Source: Candidatus Aenigmatarchaeota archaeon (lineage in GTDB: Archaea; Aenigmatarchaeota; Aenigmatarchaeia; CG10238-14). From it: DNA of 33,052 nucleotides. The position numbers were made by a program, and so were the translations under genes. Numbering within the stretch: the first letter of the stretch is position 1; every line of letters starts with the position of its first letter. Location of the stretch: the NCBI GenBank assembly GCA_014728985.1, contig WJKS01000082.1, positions 1 to 33,052 on the forward strand. The letters are read 5' to 3'. Positions 1-9,500 of this stretch are shown here, one piece after another. The notes under the pieces are model-generated. The model made no database searches and was not told the origin of the DNA. It saw only the letters and a program-made list of their open reading frames with translations.

Positions 1-96
1 TCAAGAATGGCAAGGCAGATGCAAAGAGGACCTGGCATTGCTTTCCTTGAGATAGATGCTTTCTTAAAAAGAAAAGCGGGAGTTCCTGGTGTTTAG
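1..96 (+). CDS. C-terminal fragment of an upstream ORF (5'-truncated), unknown function
   Basis: Frame 1 is open from base 1 (SRMARQMQRGPGIAFLEIDAFLKRKAGVPGV) to TAG at 94-96, one base before the next ATG at 98, suggesting operon coupling. Confidence 0.6.
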   Translation, partial: SRMARQMQRGPGIAFLEIDAFLKRKAGVPGV

Positions 97-97
97 T

Positions 98-2299
98 ATG
101 GGATTCTTAGAAAATCTGAAAGAAAAATTGGATTTGAGAAAAATACAGAAGTCTCTAGAAAAACCTAAACTCAAATCAAAATCTAAGATTATAGGACCTC
201 AAGAAGAACTAAAGCTGAAAGTTGGGGCTACTAGTGGGATATATAGTGCCGCAAGGTCACCAGAACTAGCGGATATTATAAGTAAATTATCTTATACTCT
301 AACCCGCGGTGCAACCTGTCTTGAACTTGCTTCGGATGTTCCTCATGAAGTCAATTATACACAAGGAAAAGAGTTAAGACATATTTCAAAGAAACAAGGG
401 GTTGATATTACTTTTCATGGTGCTTTATCCGTTCAGATGGGTATACCCGAGTTGATTGAATGGAGCAGTGCTCAGGAACATATGCAGAAATCTATAAAAT
501 CTGCTGTTCATGCTGGTGCGAAATATATTGACTTTCATTCCTGTCTCAGAGAATGGTTGGAATTATTCACTTACGCTGGTTCTAGATTACATATTATTAT
601 GTCTGATTGGGATGGAAATTTCATTGGGGAAATTTTCAAGAATAATCCTAAACTTTCTAAATGGTTTTCTTATGATAGTAGATACAGATTCTGGAGTGCT
701 TTTGGTGGTGTCATAGTTGGGCCAGAGCTCAATTTACAATTAGAAACTGCAATGGACAATAAGATGAATAATATCATAGAGGAAAGTGAAGGAGCTATAA
801 AAGATAGGTTTTTGATAAGATTTAGGAATTCTATTTTCCGTGACATTGGTAGTTTAGTTCAAATATCAAGAGAATTGTTGGATGAAGGTATTATAGACAG
901 AGGTCTCTTTAATGGTATAGTTTCAGGTGATCCCGATTCTATTCAGAGAATAAGAGAGATATTGACTAATGAGAAGATAAAATCATTAAGTCTTTTTAAA
1001 GATGAATTTAATGATCATATGAATGAACTGAAAAGGTTACCTTACCATTCCAAGATAGGTGAGTTGACAAGAATGGCCGTTTTTGGTCCGGATACAGATA
1101 AAGAAATCCGTCAGAGGATTGAAAAGGAAAGAGAAAGAACAATAAAAGAATTGGTTGAAGATAAGTTACATAAAACTGGGGATTGGTTCGAAAAGGAAAG
1201 GACTGGTGCTACATTGGAAATGGCTTACTATATACTTGCCCATGAACTTTACATAAATAAGTACAAGTACCCTATTTGGGATCAAATGGTCAAATTATAT
1301 TGGAATGAATTGAATAGACTTGGTTACAAAGAATATGATGCTTCGATAGAAGGATTATCAAATAACAAGAGACTGAATTGGCTTGAGAAGACCATAATAA
1401 CCATAGAAGAGCAAGAAGATAAGGAATTGGTCAAAACATTTAAGGAGTTCTATTATGGAGTGGTCGCAATTAAGTTCCTTCAGGGACATATAGAAAGACT
1501 GGTAAAGTGGATGGAAGAAGATTTACCAGATATACTGAAAGAAGAAGTTAAGCTAACAGAACCAAGTCCAAATAGGGTTGAAGAGCAGCGAGATGAATTA
1601 ATTCAGAGCCTGAAACAACTTGCTATAGCAATAGAAAATCCTGATGCAAGGGATCCTAGTCAAGGTGGAAGATTTTTATTATGGAGACCTAAACAGATCT
1701 ATTTGGCGATTAGGAATATTAGATCAAGCCTCAAAGAAAAAAAGAGAAGTCATTGGGATAAGGTACTCATGCTAATAGATTTTGAACACTTAGCGACTCA
1801 AGGTGTTGATCCGTTGGAGGAATTAAAAGAAATGGTGAGTAATAAATTAACTAAAAATTATGCGGAAATTGTTAAAGCGGTTCATGCTGGCGTACCTACC
1901 CCATTACATTCACATAAACCTATTGGCGCTGAAGATAGGGAAATAGTTTACAGGCTACTTTGGGAGTTAAAAAAAGCTGGTTTGGGGAGAAAGATTGAGA
2001 CTTATTTAATTTTTGAGAGAGGTGGGTTTAAAGATCCATTTAAAGGAAGTGTGAAGGCATTGAAGGATATGAAAAAACTATTGGAAGAAAATGTTGAGCC
2101 AAGCAAATTACCAGGCTGGTTCTTTGAAATACCTCATCCGAAGTACCAGGCAAGACAAAGAGCTATAATATTCGAGCATACCTTTGATCCAATTAAAGGT
2201 TTATTGAAGTTCCCAGAAGAAGAGTATACGTTACTTGGTTCCGCCGCTCTAAAGGCTGGTAAAAGACCAGAAGAGTGGAAGAAAGAAGAACTAAGATAA
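98..2299 (+). CDS. Xylose isomerase/AP-endonuclease-2-like TIM-barrel protein with a large helical insertion
   Basis: Ordered metal-site-like motifs LELASD, ITFHG, IDFHS, IAIENP, IDFEH, VHAG, HSH, IFERGG. ATG at 98 follows GGTG (track start 89 is GTG). Confidence 0.65.
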   Translation: MGFLENLKEKLDLRKIQKSLEKPKLKSKSKIIGPQEELKLKVGATSGIYSAARSPELADIISKLSYTLTRGATCLELASDVPHEVNYTQGKELRHISKKQGVDITFHGALSVQMGIPELIEWSSAQEHMQKSIKSAVHAGAKYIDFHSCLREWLELFTYAGSRLHIIMSDWDGNFIGEIFKNNPKLSKWFSYDSRYRFWSAFGGVIVGPELNLQLETAMDNKMNNIIEESEGAIKDRFLIRFRNSIFRDIGSLVQISRELLDEGIIDRGLFNGIVSGDPDSIQRIREILTNEKIKSLSLFKDEFNDHMNELKRLPYHSKIGELTRMAVFGPDTDKEIRQRIEKERERTIKELVEDKLHKTGDWFEKERTGATLEMAYYILAHELYINKYKYPIWDQMVKLYWNELNRLGYKEYDASIEGLSNNKRLNWLEKTIITIEEQEDKELVKTFKEFYYGVVAIKFLQGHIERLVKWMEEDLPDILKEEVKLTEPSPNRVEEQRDELIQSLKQLAIAIENPDARDPSQGGRFLLWRPKQIYLAIRNIRSSLKEKKRSHWDKVLMLIDFEHLATQGVDPLEELKEMVSNKLTKNYAEIVKAVHAGVPTPLHSHKPIGAEDREIVYRLLWELKKAGLGRKIETYLIFERGGFKDPFKGSVKALKDMKKLLEENVEPSKLPGWFFEIPHPKYQARQRAIIFEHTFDPIKGLLKFPEEEYTLLGSAALKAGKRPEEWKKEELR

Positions 2300-2371
2300 T
2301 CTAGTAGCAAAACTAATAAATATCTAGAATGGTTTCTAAGAGTTAGTATTTCGGAGACCTGAGTGATAATC

Positions 2372-4774
2372 ATGAAAAATAATAAATTCATCTTATGGTT
2401 AGATGAGATAACAGCTAAAGATATTCCTTTAGTTGGGGGAAAAAACGCTTCTTTAGGTGAAATGCATAAGAACCTAATTAAAAAAAGAATCAAGGTACCA
2501 GACGGATTTGTGATTACCTGTAATGCATATTCTCATTTTCTGAAAGAATCAAATTTAGAAGAAAAAATCAAGGATTACTTGGAAGATTTAGATCATGAGG
2601 ATGTTAATGACTTAATCAAAAGGGGAGAAAAAATAAGGAAAGAGATATTGAAATCAGATTTTCCTAAAGACTTGAAAAATAAAATTTTGAAAGAATATAA
2701 GAAATTATGTAAGGAATACGGGGATAATATTGATGTTGCAGTTAGGTCATCAGCTACTACCGAGGACCTTGATGGCTCCTCTTTTGCAGGACAACAGGAA
2801 AGTTTTCTTAATATTAGAGGTGGAGAAGAATTAATTAAAGCCTGTAAAAAATGTTTTGCCTCACTGTTTAATCATCGTGCAATTTCTTATAGAATAGATC
2901 ATGGGTTTGATAATGATAATATTTACATGTCAGTCATGGTACAGAAGATGGTCAGAAGTGATAAGGCCTGTTCTGGGGTTATCTTTACAATAGACACAGA
3001 AACAGGTTTCAAAGACATAGTTTTGATTTCAGCAACTTATGGTTTGGGCGAGAGTATAGTAAAAGGATTAGTCAATCCAGACGAATATTACGTTTTCAAA
3101 CCCACACTTAAGAAGGGTTATAAGGCGATTATACAGAGAAAAATGGGTGAAAAGGACATAAAGACAGTCTATTCCAAGAGCGGAACTAAAAATATAGAAG
3201 TTCCAGAAAAGTTGCGTAAGTCATTTGTCCTGAAAGAGGAGGAAATATTAGAATTAGCTAAACAGGCATGTGTTATAGAAGATCATTATGAAAAACCAGT
3301 GGATATAGAGTGGGCAAAGGATGGTAAAACTGGCGAAATCTTTATCGTTCAGGCAAGACCAGAAACAGTTCATTCCCTCAAGGACGGAAAAGTACTTGAG
3401 ACATATAAAATAAAAGAAAAAGTTAAAGTTTTTCTAACCGGAAGAGCAATAGGTTCAAAGATTGGTCAGGGTATGGTAGATGTCATACCAGATCCAAAAG
3501 AGATCCCAAAGTTCAAAAAAGGTCGGGTTTTGGTTACGGATATGACCGATCCTGATTGGGAGCCAATAATGAAGATTGCATCAGCTATAGTAACAAATAG
3601 GGGGGGAAGGACGTGTCACGCCGCAATTGTATCAAGGGAATTAGGAATACCCTGCGTTATTGGAACTGGGAATGCAACTCAGGTACTGAAAGATGGTGAT
3701 AGAGTTACAGTTAGCTGTTCAGAGGGGGAAATAGGGAAAATCTACAGGGGTTTGTTGAAGTACGAAATTCTAAAAGAAGATGTAGGTAAAATTCCAAGTA
3801 CAAAAACTAGAGTAATGATGAATGTTGGGATGCCCGAAAAAGCGTTTATTCACTCTAAAATACCATGTGATGGTGTTGGTCTTGCTAGGGAGGAATTTAT
3901 AATCAATTCTTATGTGGGGATACATCCCTTGGTCTTAATTGATTTTGAAAAACTGGAGAAAAACTCAAAAGATAATAAAGAACTAACCGATTTAATAAAA
4001 GCTATCGAAGAAAAGACAATAGGATATGAAAACAAAAAACAGTTTTTCATAGATAAGTTAGCAGAGGGTATAGCCAAGATTGGAGCTGCATTTTATCCTG
4101 AGGATGTAATAGTCAGATTTTCTGACTTTAAGAGTAATGAGTATGCGAATTTAATTGGAGGACATCTTTACGAGCCTGTAGAGATAAACCCCATGTTGGG
4201 TTGGAGAGGAGCGTCAAGATACTATGATGAAGTATTCAAGGACGCTTTTAAGTTAGAATGTTTGGCCTTTAAGAAGGTAAGAGAAGAGATTGGACTTATT
4301 AATGTAAAACCTATGGTACCTTTTTGCAGGACAGTTGAGGAAGGAGAGAAAGTTGTAGAAATCATGGAGAATTTTGGATTAAAAAGGGGTAAAGAGGGAT
4401 TGGAAATTTACATGATGTGTGAGATCCCTTCTAATGTAATTTTGGCAGATAAATTTGCTGATTTATTCGATGGTTTTTCGATTGGGAGTAACGATTTAAC
4501 ACAGTTAACTTTGGGAATTGACAGGGATTCAGAGTTAGTATCTCATATTTATGATGAGAGGGACGAGGCTGTCAAGACTTTAATTAAACAGGTTGTGGAT
4601 ATTTCAAAAAAGAAAGGTGTTAAGATTGGAATATGTGGTCAAGCACCATCTGATTTCCCCGAATTTACTGAATTTTTGATAAACTGCGGTATAGATAGTG
4701 TTTCCTTGAACCCAGATACTGTTATCAAGACTAGATTTCTGATAGCAGAAAAAGAGAAAGATATAAGTAGTTAA
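2372..4774 (+). CDS. ppsA: Phosphoenolpyruvate synthase (pyruvate, water dikinase)
   Basis: VGGKNASLGEM, VAVRSSATTED, SFAGQQES, QARPETVHS, phospho-His motif GGRTCHAAIVSRELG, FSIGSNDLTQ, GICGQAPSD. Confidence 0.97.
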   Translation: MKNNKFILWLDEITAKDIPLVGGKNASLGEMHKNLIKKRIKVPDGFVITCNAYSHFLKESNLEEKIKDYLEDLDHEDVNDLIKRGEKIRKEILKSDFPKDLKNKILKEYKKLCKEYGDNIDVAVRSSATTEDLDGSSFAGQQESFLNIRGGEELIKACKKCFASLFNHRAISYRIDHGFDNDNIYMSVMVQKMVRSDKACSGVIFTIDTETGFKDIVLISATYGLGESIVKGLVNPDEYYVFKPTLKKGYKAIIQRKMGEKDIKTVYSKSGTKNIEVPEKLRKSFVLKEEEILELAKQACVIEDHYEKPVDIEWAKDGKTGEIFIVQARPETVHSLKDGKVLETYKIKEKVKVFLTGRAIGSKIGQGMVDVIPDPKEIPKFKKGRVLVTDMTDPDWEPIMKIASAIVTNRGGRTCHAAIVSRELGIPCVIGTGNATQVLKDGDRVTVSCSEGEIGKIYRGLLKYEILKEDVGKIPSTKTRVMMNVGMPEKAFIHSKIPCDGVGLAREEFIINSYVGIHPLVLIDFEKLEKNSKDNKELTDLIKAIEEKTIGYENKKQFFIDKLAEGIAKIGAAFYPEDVIVRFSDFKSNEYANLIGGHLYEPVEINPMLGWRGASRYYDEVFKDAFKLECLAFKKVREEIGLINVKPMVPFCRTVEEGEKVVEIMENFGLKRGKEGLEIYMMCEIPSNVILADKFADLFDGFSIGSNDLTQLTLGIDRDSELVSHIYDERDEAVKTLIKQVVDISKKKGVKIGICGQAPSDFPEFTEFLINCGIDSVSLNPDTVIKTRFLIAEKEKDISS

Positions 4775-4830
4775 AGTTATCATTGAGTCAATCAATAAGT
4801 ATTATATTTAGAAAAACACAAGGTGTATGT

Positions 4831-5760
4831 ATGGCGTTTGAATTTGATTTTGAAAAAGAATTGGAAAAACCTCTTTTTCTTGAAAAAGACTTAAAGAAAG
4901 AAGAGGACTGTAAGGGAGGCAAAGTAGTTAAGAAAGACGTGGTTGAAAGTAGTGCTTACAAGAGCAATTATTCAAAAGTAATCCAGTTTACAAGAAAAAT
5001 AAAGAAAATGTATGGAGATATTATAAAATCCGTGTTAATTTTTGGTTCAGCCGCGAGAAAAGACGCAAAAAAAACTTCTGATATAGATGTTTGGGTGGTT
5101 ATAGATGATACCTCTACCAAGGGGACTCAGGATATATTGAAAGTCAAAGCTCAATTACAAGTAATCGGGAAGGACATGAAAGATATTCATGTTCAGATGA
5201 ATGGTCTCACCGAATTTTGGAATTGGATGAAGACCGGTTCTCCGGAATTATTTAATTTTTTGAGAGACGGATTAGTTATATATGATACGGGATTTATTAA
5301 ACCAGTTCAAAGAATGTTGAAGATGGGTCTATTCCCTCCAAGTGAAGAAACTATAAGCCTGAAAGCAAAATCATGTGAGGGTTTAATTAAAAGGGTTGAG
5401 GCCTCGTGGAAGGCAGATGTTTTTGATCTCAGATACGCTGCAACTGATATTTGCCAGGCAGTTATAATGCATCATTATAAGGAAATGCCAGATCATAAAA
5501 GGATGTTTGATTTTCTTGAAAAATTGGTTAAAGAGCACGGTTTGGAAGAAGAGTATATGAATAAGTATAGAGAGTTGAATAAATTATGGAAGGACTTGGA
5601 TCACAAGAGAGTAGAGACTCCAACACCAGATTATGTTGCAAAAGCAGATAAAATAGCGAGGGATATCATAGAAAGGATGAAAAAATTATTACCTGAAGAT
5701 TTACAAGAAATTGATTATCCTGGTAGTAAAATAAAGAAAATCGGTGGTAAGTTAAAATGA
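4831..5760 (+). CDS. Minimal nucleotidyltransferase (MNT) fused to HEPN-like domain, paralogue 1
   Basis: GS-x10-DID motif (FGSAARKDAKKTSDIDV) and a helical C-terminal domain with WKDLDH at the HEPN R-x4-H position. ATG at 4831 follows AGGTG. Confidence 0.8.
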   Translation: MAFEFDFEKELEKPLFLEKDLKKEEDCKGGKVVKKDVVESSAYKSNYSKVIQFTRKIKKMYGDIIKSVLIFGSAARKDAKKTSDIDVWVVIDDTSTKGTQDILKVKAQLQVIGKDMKDIHVQMNGLTEFWNWMKTGSPELFNFLRDGLVIYDTGFIKPVQRMLKMGLFPPSEETISLKAKSCEGLIKRVEASWKADVFDLRYAATDICQAVIMHHYKEMPDHKRMFDFLEKLVKEHGLEEEYMNKYRELNKLWKDLDHKRVETPTPDYVAKADKIARDIIERMKKLLPEDLQEIDYPGSKIKKIGGKLK

Positions 5761-6890
5761 AAAGAAAGAGGGAAAAGAAGAAAAAGGCTGAATTTGAGGA
5801 ACTCAAAACAAAAAAAGAAAGAATGGACAGGGTAAATAAGTTCAAAGATAAGGTACTTGAGAAGTATGAGGATAAGATCAAATGTATTGTGGTCATGGGT
5901 TCTGTTGTAAGAGATGAGTTTAAACCAAAATCTGATATTGATATTTTTGTAGTGGCCGACGACACCGATAAGCCAATGAGTTTTAATCAAAAAAAGAAAA
6001 TAGATAGTGATATTTTAAAGATGGCCAAGGATATTTCACCTAATCTATCATTTCAGCCTTTATATACTTTAACTGAATTCATGGATTATGCTAGAATCGG
6101 GCATCCAATAATTTACAATTTTATTAAAGAAGGACATGCAGTCTTTGATGCCGGTTTTTTCACTCCATTCCAAAGACTACTTAAAAAAGGAAGAATACCC
6201 ATGACAAGGGAGGCAATTGAGACTTATATAGAGGGTGCACCTAAGAAATTAATGCGTGCTAAAACTGTTAAATTACTTATTCTTGCGGAGGATTGTTTCT
6301 ATGCTATGTTAAATTCTGCACAAGCTGCTTTAATGTTCATGGGCGTAGAACCCCCTGTTCCAAATAAAGCATATGATGCTGTGAAAAAATATCTAGTTGA
6401 ACCTAGTTTACTTGAGTCAGAGTACGCGGAACAGTTAAAAGATATAATAGATATAAGAAAGAAGATTGAGCATAAGGAAATAATGGACGTAAAAGGTGAA
6501 TATGTTGATCAATGGATTGCGATCGCGGATAGATTTATTGATAGAATGTATGAATTATTAACTTCTTTAGAAGAAAAGAAAAAGGAAAAGGTACTTGAGA
6601 GAACATATAGTGTTATGAAAAAGGCTGCAGTTGCTGCTTTAAAGTCAGTGGATAAATTACCTAAAGAAGACGAAGAAATACCACAGGAATTCAGAAAACA
6701 GTTCATGGATAACAAACTTCTGAAGACTTACTATTGGGATGTCTGGAAGAAAGTGGATGTAATGAAAAACCTAGCAGAAAAGGGAAGATTAGATAAAATA
6801 CCTGAAAGGGATGTTTATCAGATGAGAGAACATGTAAGAACGATGATTAGGGACCTTTCCAGAATTTTAGAAAAAAAGGAAAAGAAATAA
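5757..6890 (+). CDS. MNT-HEPN fusion protein, paralogue 2
   Basis: GS-x10-DID (MGSVVRDEFKPKSDIDI), HEPN-like helix CFYAMLNSAQAAL and R-x4-H (RKKIEH). ATGA overlap with the upstream paralogue. Confidence 0.85.
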   Translation: MKRKREKKKKAEFEELKTKKERMDRVNKFKDKVLEKYEDKIKCIVVMGSVVRDEFKPKSDIDIFVVADDTDKPMSFNQKKKIDSDILKMAKDISPNLSFQPLYTLTEFMDYARIGHPIIYNFIKEGHAVFDAGFFTPFQRLLKKGRIPMTREAIETYIEGAPKKLMRAKTVKLLILAEDCFYAMLNSAQAALMFMGVEPPVPNKAYDAVKKYLVEPSLLESEYAEQLKDIIDIRKKIEHKEIMDVKGEYVDQWIAIADRFIDRMYELLTSLEEKKKEKVLERTYSVMKKAAVAALKSVDKLPKEDEEIPQEFRKQFMDNKLLKTYYWDVWKKVDVMKNLAEKGRLDKIPERDVYQMREHVRTMIRDLSRILEKKEKK

Positions 6891-6917
6891 AAAAGTTCTT
6901 ATGCATAGTTGGTTGTT

Positions 6918-7178
6918 ATGAAAGGTAAGATTCTAAGTTACAGAAGGGGAAGGCGTAAGCAAAACGTTAATCAGATGTTAATAGAAGTGGAAAATGTGAC
7001 TTCCAAGGAAGATGCTGAGAAATTAGTTGGTAAGAAATTAGTCTGGGAAACACCTGGAGGAAGAGAGATTAAGGGGGAATTAATCGCCGTTCATGGCGGA
7101 AAAGGTGTTTTAAGGGCAAAATTCGAGAGAAATCTTCCTGGGCAGTCTATTACTACTTTTGTTGAAATCGAGGGATAA
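6918..7178 (+). CDS. rpl35ae: 50S ribosomal protein L35Ae
   Basis: KGKILSYRRGRRKQ, HGGKGVLRAKFERNLPGQ. Confidence 0.95.
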   Translation: MKGKILSYRRGRRKQNVNQMLIEVENVTSKEDAEKLVGKKLVWETPGGREIKGELIAVHGGKGVLRAKFERNLPGQSITTFVEIEG

Positions 7179-7189
7179 ACTCACTTAAT

Positions 7190-7903
7190 TTAACCATAAT
7201 TGATTTTTTGTTTATATTCTGATCTAGGAACATAGGTACTTAATTCTTCATAAGCTGTCCCACCACCATAAACTGAACCATTTTGGTTGATATTAGATTC
7301 AGTGTCTCTTGAAGGCAATTTTAATTCATTTTTCCTATAGGATCTTGGTAATAAGTTCTTTATACTTCTGGCCCTTTCATTTATTTCTATAATTTGCTTT
7401 CTAATTAAATTCTTAACGGATCCTGGTACATTTGATTTCTCCAATGCATTTAAAGCAAAATTCGGGTTAGAACCGACATCTTCTATTCTTAATAAAGCAC
7501 TACTCATTTTCATGCCCTGCGTTCTACCGGACCTAATATCAGTTCCAAATGCAACTATGTAATTGAGATTAGCGTCTGAGAAATCAGTTTTATTGTTAAT
7601 TATACTTTCTATTATTGCGGACCAGGAAAGATCTGCTTCGATGAAAATGGTTCCTGAAAGATTGGTTTTACTTAAATCAGACCATTTAAGGTCAGAATTA
7701 ATGAATTTAGAGCTGATTAAGGTTGAGTTGCTAAAACTAGAGAAGCTTAAGTCAGAATTTGAAAAATTAATACCTGATAAGTCCAAGTCATTAAACCATC
7801 CCGCCCTGCAAATTATATTTGTGAAATCTCTTTTACCACTTTTATAATTTTTAATTATGTCAAAATGGGACATCCTTTTTTTCTTACCTAAATTTAGGTC
7901 CAT
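7190..7903 (-). CDS. Pentapeptide-repeat protein with a non-repeat C-terminal tail
   Basis: YKSGKRDF N-terminus followed by tandem (S/A)(D/N)(L/F)xx repeats (LDLSG INFSN SDLSF, SDLKW SDLSK TNLSG). Confidence 0.9.
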   Translation of the reverse strand: MDLNLGKKKRMSHFDIIKNYKSGKRDFTNIICRAGWFNDLDLSGINFSNSDLSFSSFSNSTLISSKFINSDLKWSDLSKTNLSGTIFIEADLSWSAIIESIINNKTDFSDANLNYIVAFGTDIRSGRTQGMKMSSALLRIEDVGSNPNFALNALEKSNVPGSVKNLIRKQIIEINERARSIKNLLPRSYRKNELKLPSRDTESNINQNGSVYGGGTAYEELSTYVPRSEYKQKINYG

Positions 7904-7996
7904 AATTTAAGTTAGATTCGGGTTTATTTAATTTTAATGCCGGAAACGAGAATTATCATTTGTAAGTTATTTAAATTATGCCTTCAAATTAGATTT

Positions 7997-8671
7997 ATGC
8001 CTTCAGTTGCGGTACTATTTTCAGGTGGAAAGGATTCTACAAGAACAGTCCACTGGTGTCTAGAAAATGGATATAATGTGAAATATTTGGTTACTATTGT
8101 CTCGGAAAGAGAAGATTCCTATATGTACCATGTTCCTAATATTCACTTAACTGATCAATTATCAAAAGCAATAGGAATACCCCTTGTTAAGAAAATATCT
8201 TCAGGAATTAAAGAAAAGGAAGTTGAAGACGTGAAAGATATCCTTGAGGGGTTAGATATAGATGCAGTAGCCTGTGGAGGAATAGCCAGCAATTATCAGA
8301 AATCAAGAATAGAGAAAGTATGTAAAGAATTGAGTTTGAATCTAATAGCTCCTTTTTGGGGGGTAAATCCTGAGGAATTCATGCGAAATACTATAAAACT
8401 AGATTTTGATGTGAGATTTATTGGTGTTTATTCTATGGGAATGGATAAAACCTGGTTAGGGAGAAAATTAGATGAAGAATCATTAAAAGACCTCATTAAA
8501 TTAAATGAAAAATATGAGGTTAATCTGGTAGGCGAGGGCGGAGAATTTGAAACTCTCTGTGTTAACGGCCCAATTTTCAAGAAGAAGCTGGAAATAACCG
8601 ATTCTGAAATAATTTGGGACGAAGGAACAAAAAGTGGGTGGTTAAAGGTTAAAAAAGCAAAATTGATTTAA
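7997..8671 (+). CDS. dph6: Diphthine--ammonia ligase (PP-loop ATPase)
   Basis: VAVLFSGGKDS, SYMYH, SNYQKSR, GEGGEFET. Likely start is ATG 7997. Confidence 0.9.
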   Translation: MPSVAVLFSGGKDSTRTVHWCLENGYNVKYLVTIVSEREDSYMYHVPNIHLTDQLSKAIGIPLVKKISSGIKEKEVEDVKDILEGLDIDAVACGGIASNYQKSRIEKVCKELSLNLIAPFWGVNPEEFMRNTIKLDFDVRFIGVYSMGMDKTWLGRKLDEESLKDLIKLNEKYEVNLVGEGGEFETLCVNGPIFKKKLEITDSEIIWDEGTKSGWLKVKKAKLI

Positions 8672-9114
8672 AATAATACCTCCTCTGTTATAATCGAAGA
8701 TTTGACTTCTTCTATACCTGGAATACTTCGGATTTTCTCCATGAGTTTGTTGGTATCCTTGAGTTTTTCTAATCTGGCTTTTAGTATTATATCCCAGTCC
8801 CCACCTTGAATTTCAAATAATTGATAAATATGATTAATTTTCTCTAGATTTTCTTTTATTTCCTTTACTGGAACATAATTTTCTTCTTTATTAGTTTCCT
8901 CGAGGTTTATGAATGCTAGAATAGGTATAGGCTTATCAGTTTTTTCGTAATTGACTATTGCCCTATAACCTTTTATTACCCCTTCCTTTTCCATCCTATT
9001 TACCCTTCTATAAGCGGTAGATATAGGTAACATAGCTTTTTTAGCTAATTGTCTACTAGAGAGTTTACCTTCCTTTTCTAAGATTTTTATTAGTAACTTA
9101 TCTTTATTATCCAT
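8668..9114 (-). CDS. Lrp/AsnC family transcriptional regulator
   Basis: N-terminal HTH (SRQLAKKAMLPISTAYRRVNRMEKEGVIKGY) plus RAM domain (GGDWDIILK). Confidence 0.95.
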   Translation of the reverse strand: MDNKDKLLIKILEKEGKLSSRQLAKKAMLPISTAYRRVNRMEKEGVIKGYRAIVNYEKTDKPIPILAFINLEETNKEENYVPVKEIKENLEKINHIYQLFEIQGGDWDIILKARLEKLKDTNKLMEKIRSIPGIEEVKSSIITEEVLF

Positions 9115-9185
9115 GTATATTATAGATTGGACTAATTATTTAAAAGAATGGTATATTTGTTTCATCTTTCTCTGGATAATTACTT

Positions 9186-9500
9186 ATGGTGACCTGCAAT
9201 AGTAATAGTATGAAAGTCTATATTTGGGAAGATAAGTTACTAATGTATAGAGAAGGCGAAAATGGTCCAGGAGAAGAAATAGAGAGTATAGACATCGCGG
9301 CTCAAAGAGTTCGAGGACTTCGTGAGAGAAATCCAAATGTTACTTGTTTAGTATTATATGAACCTCCAGAGGGATTAAGAGGTAAAGCTCCAGGTTCTCA
9401 GGTAATACAAAGGATTAGAAATTTGATACGTCACCCAGATTCACGGTATAATAGAAAAGGGGGAAGAACTCGAATGCTTCGTAGAAAATGGAGAACTTAA
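9186..9500 (+). CDS. Small orphan protein with an Arg-rich tail
   Basis: 104-aa ORF filling the Lrp-glyS gap; its stop abuts the glyS stop. Confidence 0.6.
   Translation: MVTCNSNSMKVYIWEDKLLMYREGENGPGEEIESIDIAAQRVRGLRERNPNVTCLVLYEPPEGLRGKAPGSQVIQRIRNLIRHPDSRYNRKGGRTRMLRRKWRT

Noticed and set aside
9186-9500. Faint resemblance to an ExbD/TolR periplasmic domain
   Set aside because: No TM anchor or ExbB partner; the similarity is pattern-level only.
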